From the human T2T-CHM13v2.0 reference genome, Homo sapiens: a stretch of 64,000 bases of DNA. Shown here one piece after another: positions 61,960-64,000 of this stretch. How positions within the stretch are numbered: position 1 is the stretch's first letter; every line of letters starts with the position of its first letter. The position numbers and the translations under genes are program-made. Under the pieces are notes generated by a model. The model did not search any database, was not told the DNA's origin, and saw nothing but the letters and a program-made list of their open reading frames with translations. The stretch lies in assembly GCF_009914755.1 (NCBI RefSeq), contig NC_060929.1, one strand, 5' to 3'.

Positions 61960-62400
61960 GAGAGCCAATGGATTTAGATTCAGAGATCCATGGAATTTTG
62001 CCTGAGATGATGTGAAAGGCACCACCTGCAGAAGGTGGGAGAATGGCTTTCCAGGCAGAGAGAAGGGTGGAGCAGAAGCACTCAGCGTTGGAGGGAGTGG
62101 TGTGGTCCTGGAACACGGTGCTGCCTGGGAGCTCTGGCTAAAGTGTGGGCTTCCTGGATGTGGGGAGATGCAAAGTGCTCTAGAACTTGTTCTGTAGGAA
62201 ATAGGGGAGCCATCAAAAGTTTTGAGAGGGGAAGTAATAAGGAAGACGCTTCTGTTGGCCATGGGGAGAATGAGTGGAAAAGGGGTAGTGGCTGAGTGAC
62301 TAGACCTGTTCTGAGAGTTTTATGGGAGAGACATTAAGACCTGGACTCTCGCAATGGAGGTGCAGAGGAAGATTGAGAGCTTCTGTACTTTTCTGAAATG
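61960..62400. mobile_element. L2 remnant
   Basis: TTCCAGGCAGAGAGAA...GCAGAAGCAC...TTCTGTAGGAAATAGGGGAGCCATCAAAAGTTTTTGAG motifs typical of the L2 3' region. Confidence 0.6.
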
Positions 62401-62563
62401 TGAGAGCTCAGTTTTAAAGTTTAGATTGGACTGAGTTTATTAAAGAAAAAGAAAATGTTTTTGACACATGTCAATCTTTGTTGACACCCGTTGGTATCAA
62501 TGCTGTGGGGTGAGGTCTCCATGTTCAAGGAATGGAGCCACAATGGAAAATTGGGAGTGGTAG

Positions 62564-63225
<662 letters not shown>

Positions 63226-63325
63226 TTAAATGTTCAGCTGCATATGATTTTTTTCTGATTGATTGTCTCAGGTGTTTAATGAAGACTGCCTTTGTAAATC
63301 ACATGTTGTTATCCTCTATTTCTAG

Positions 63326-63425
63326 CTATTGTGGACGATGAAAGGCTCTCTGCAGAGGAGATGGATGAGAGGAGGCGGCAGAACATTGCTTATGAATATC
63401 TGTGCCACTTAGAGGAAGCCAAAAG
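63326..63425 (+). CDS. IQGAP2: IQGAP2 coding exon 2 (100 bp), (S)IVDDERLSAEEMDERRRQNIAYEYLCHLEEAK(R), start of the calponin-homology region
   Basis: Acceptor TTTCTAG|CT at 63325/6, donor AG|GTAAGA at 63425/6; peptide carries the conserved IQGAP motif EEMDERRRQN.AYEYLCHLEEAKRW. Confidence 0.97.
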
Positions 63426-64000
63426 GTAAGATCCAGACTTAGTCTATTTGTGCACCATCTCTTGGAGATAAGCTTTGTGATAAGGGTGTGGGATTTGATG
63501 ACCAGAGGGTTCTGAAATGGGCCAGCAATTCTAAAGAGTTGTCGTAGTTGGAGATGGCCAGGGAGAGATTCTTGCCTGCACTCAGTGATTTAGATTTGGC
63601 CAAACCTCCCATGCCAGGAGGCCAGTGGGCTAGGGGATGACCCCTCCACACTCTGCTCCACTCCTGAGTCACAGCTGGGTGCACATCACACTCCTGTGCA
63701 TATGCTACATAGTTCTAATAACTCATTTGCAGTCTTGTTGGCAGCAGGATAATGGGAGAAGAAGCATCTATTTCTTGCAAATGGTTGGGCAGAGTTGAGA
63801 AAAAGTTGATGCCACAGCCAAAGTTGAGGCACTAGGAGGAAGGCAACTATTCATTTCCCTGCCTCGGAGCCTCCCAGGAAATCACGGGGCCAACTGCAGA
63901 TTGTTTCAAATTCTTCATCTCACTGGCTTGGATGTAGAGGAGCAACAATGACTTAAATCAACTTCCTTTTTCCGCAGAGCTTCCTTGGGTCTTTTCCCCA

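Overview
Primate (almost certainly human) genomic DNA covering the 5' end of IQGAP2 on the + strand. It contains a CpG-island promoter (~4.7-6.1 kb), coding exon 1 (ATG 5303, donor after 5348), a 57,977-bp first intron and coding exon 2 (63326-63425). The spliced product reads MPHEELPSLQRPRYGSIVDDERLSAEEMDERRRQNIAYEYLCHLEEAK(R). The rest is repeat-rich intron: ~45 Alu/FLAM copies, L1PB/L1PA/L1MB fragments with nested insertions, MIR, L2, MER5/MER20, MaLR and LTR33 LTRs. Nearly all ORFs in the six-frame track are Alu/L1/GC-rich artefacts. I see no new multi-gene system. The most unusual structures are: (i) a ~400-bp composite templated insertion inside LTR33 (local inverted copy + snap-back hairpin + copy of a neighbouring L1 segment); (ii) a fossil Tc1/mariner transposase catalytic region next to a 105-bp tandem duplication; (iii) an L1-retroposed HERV-W processed pseudogene with poly(A) tail and 16-bp TSD, sense to the gene; (iv) an NF-kB consensus created by a 15-bp expansion inside an Alu; (v) candidate cryptic or alternative exons, including one behind a perfect STAT/GAS site. 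Repeat subfamily names come from recognition of consensus motifs, not from a database search, and repeat boundaries are approximate.
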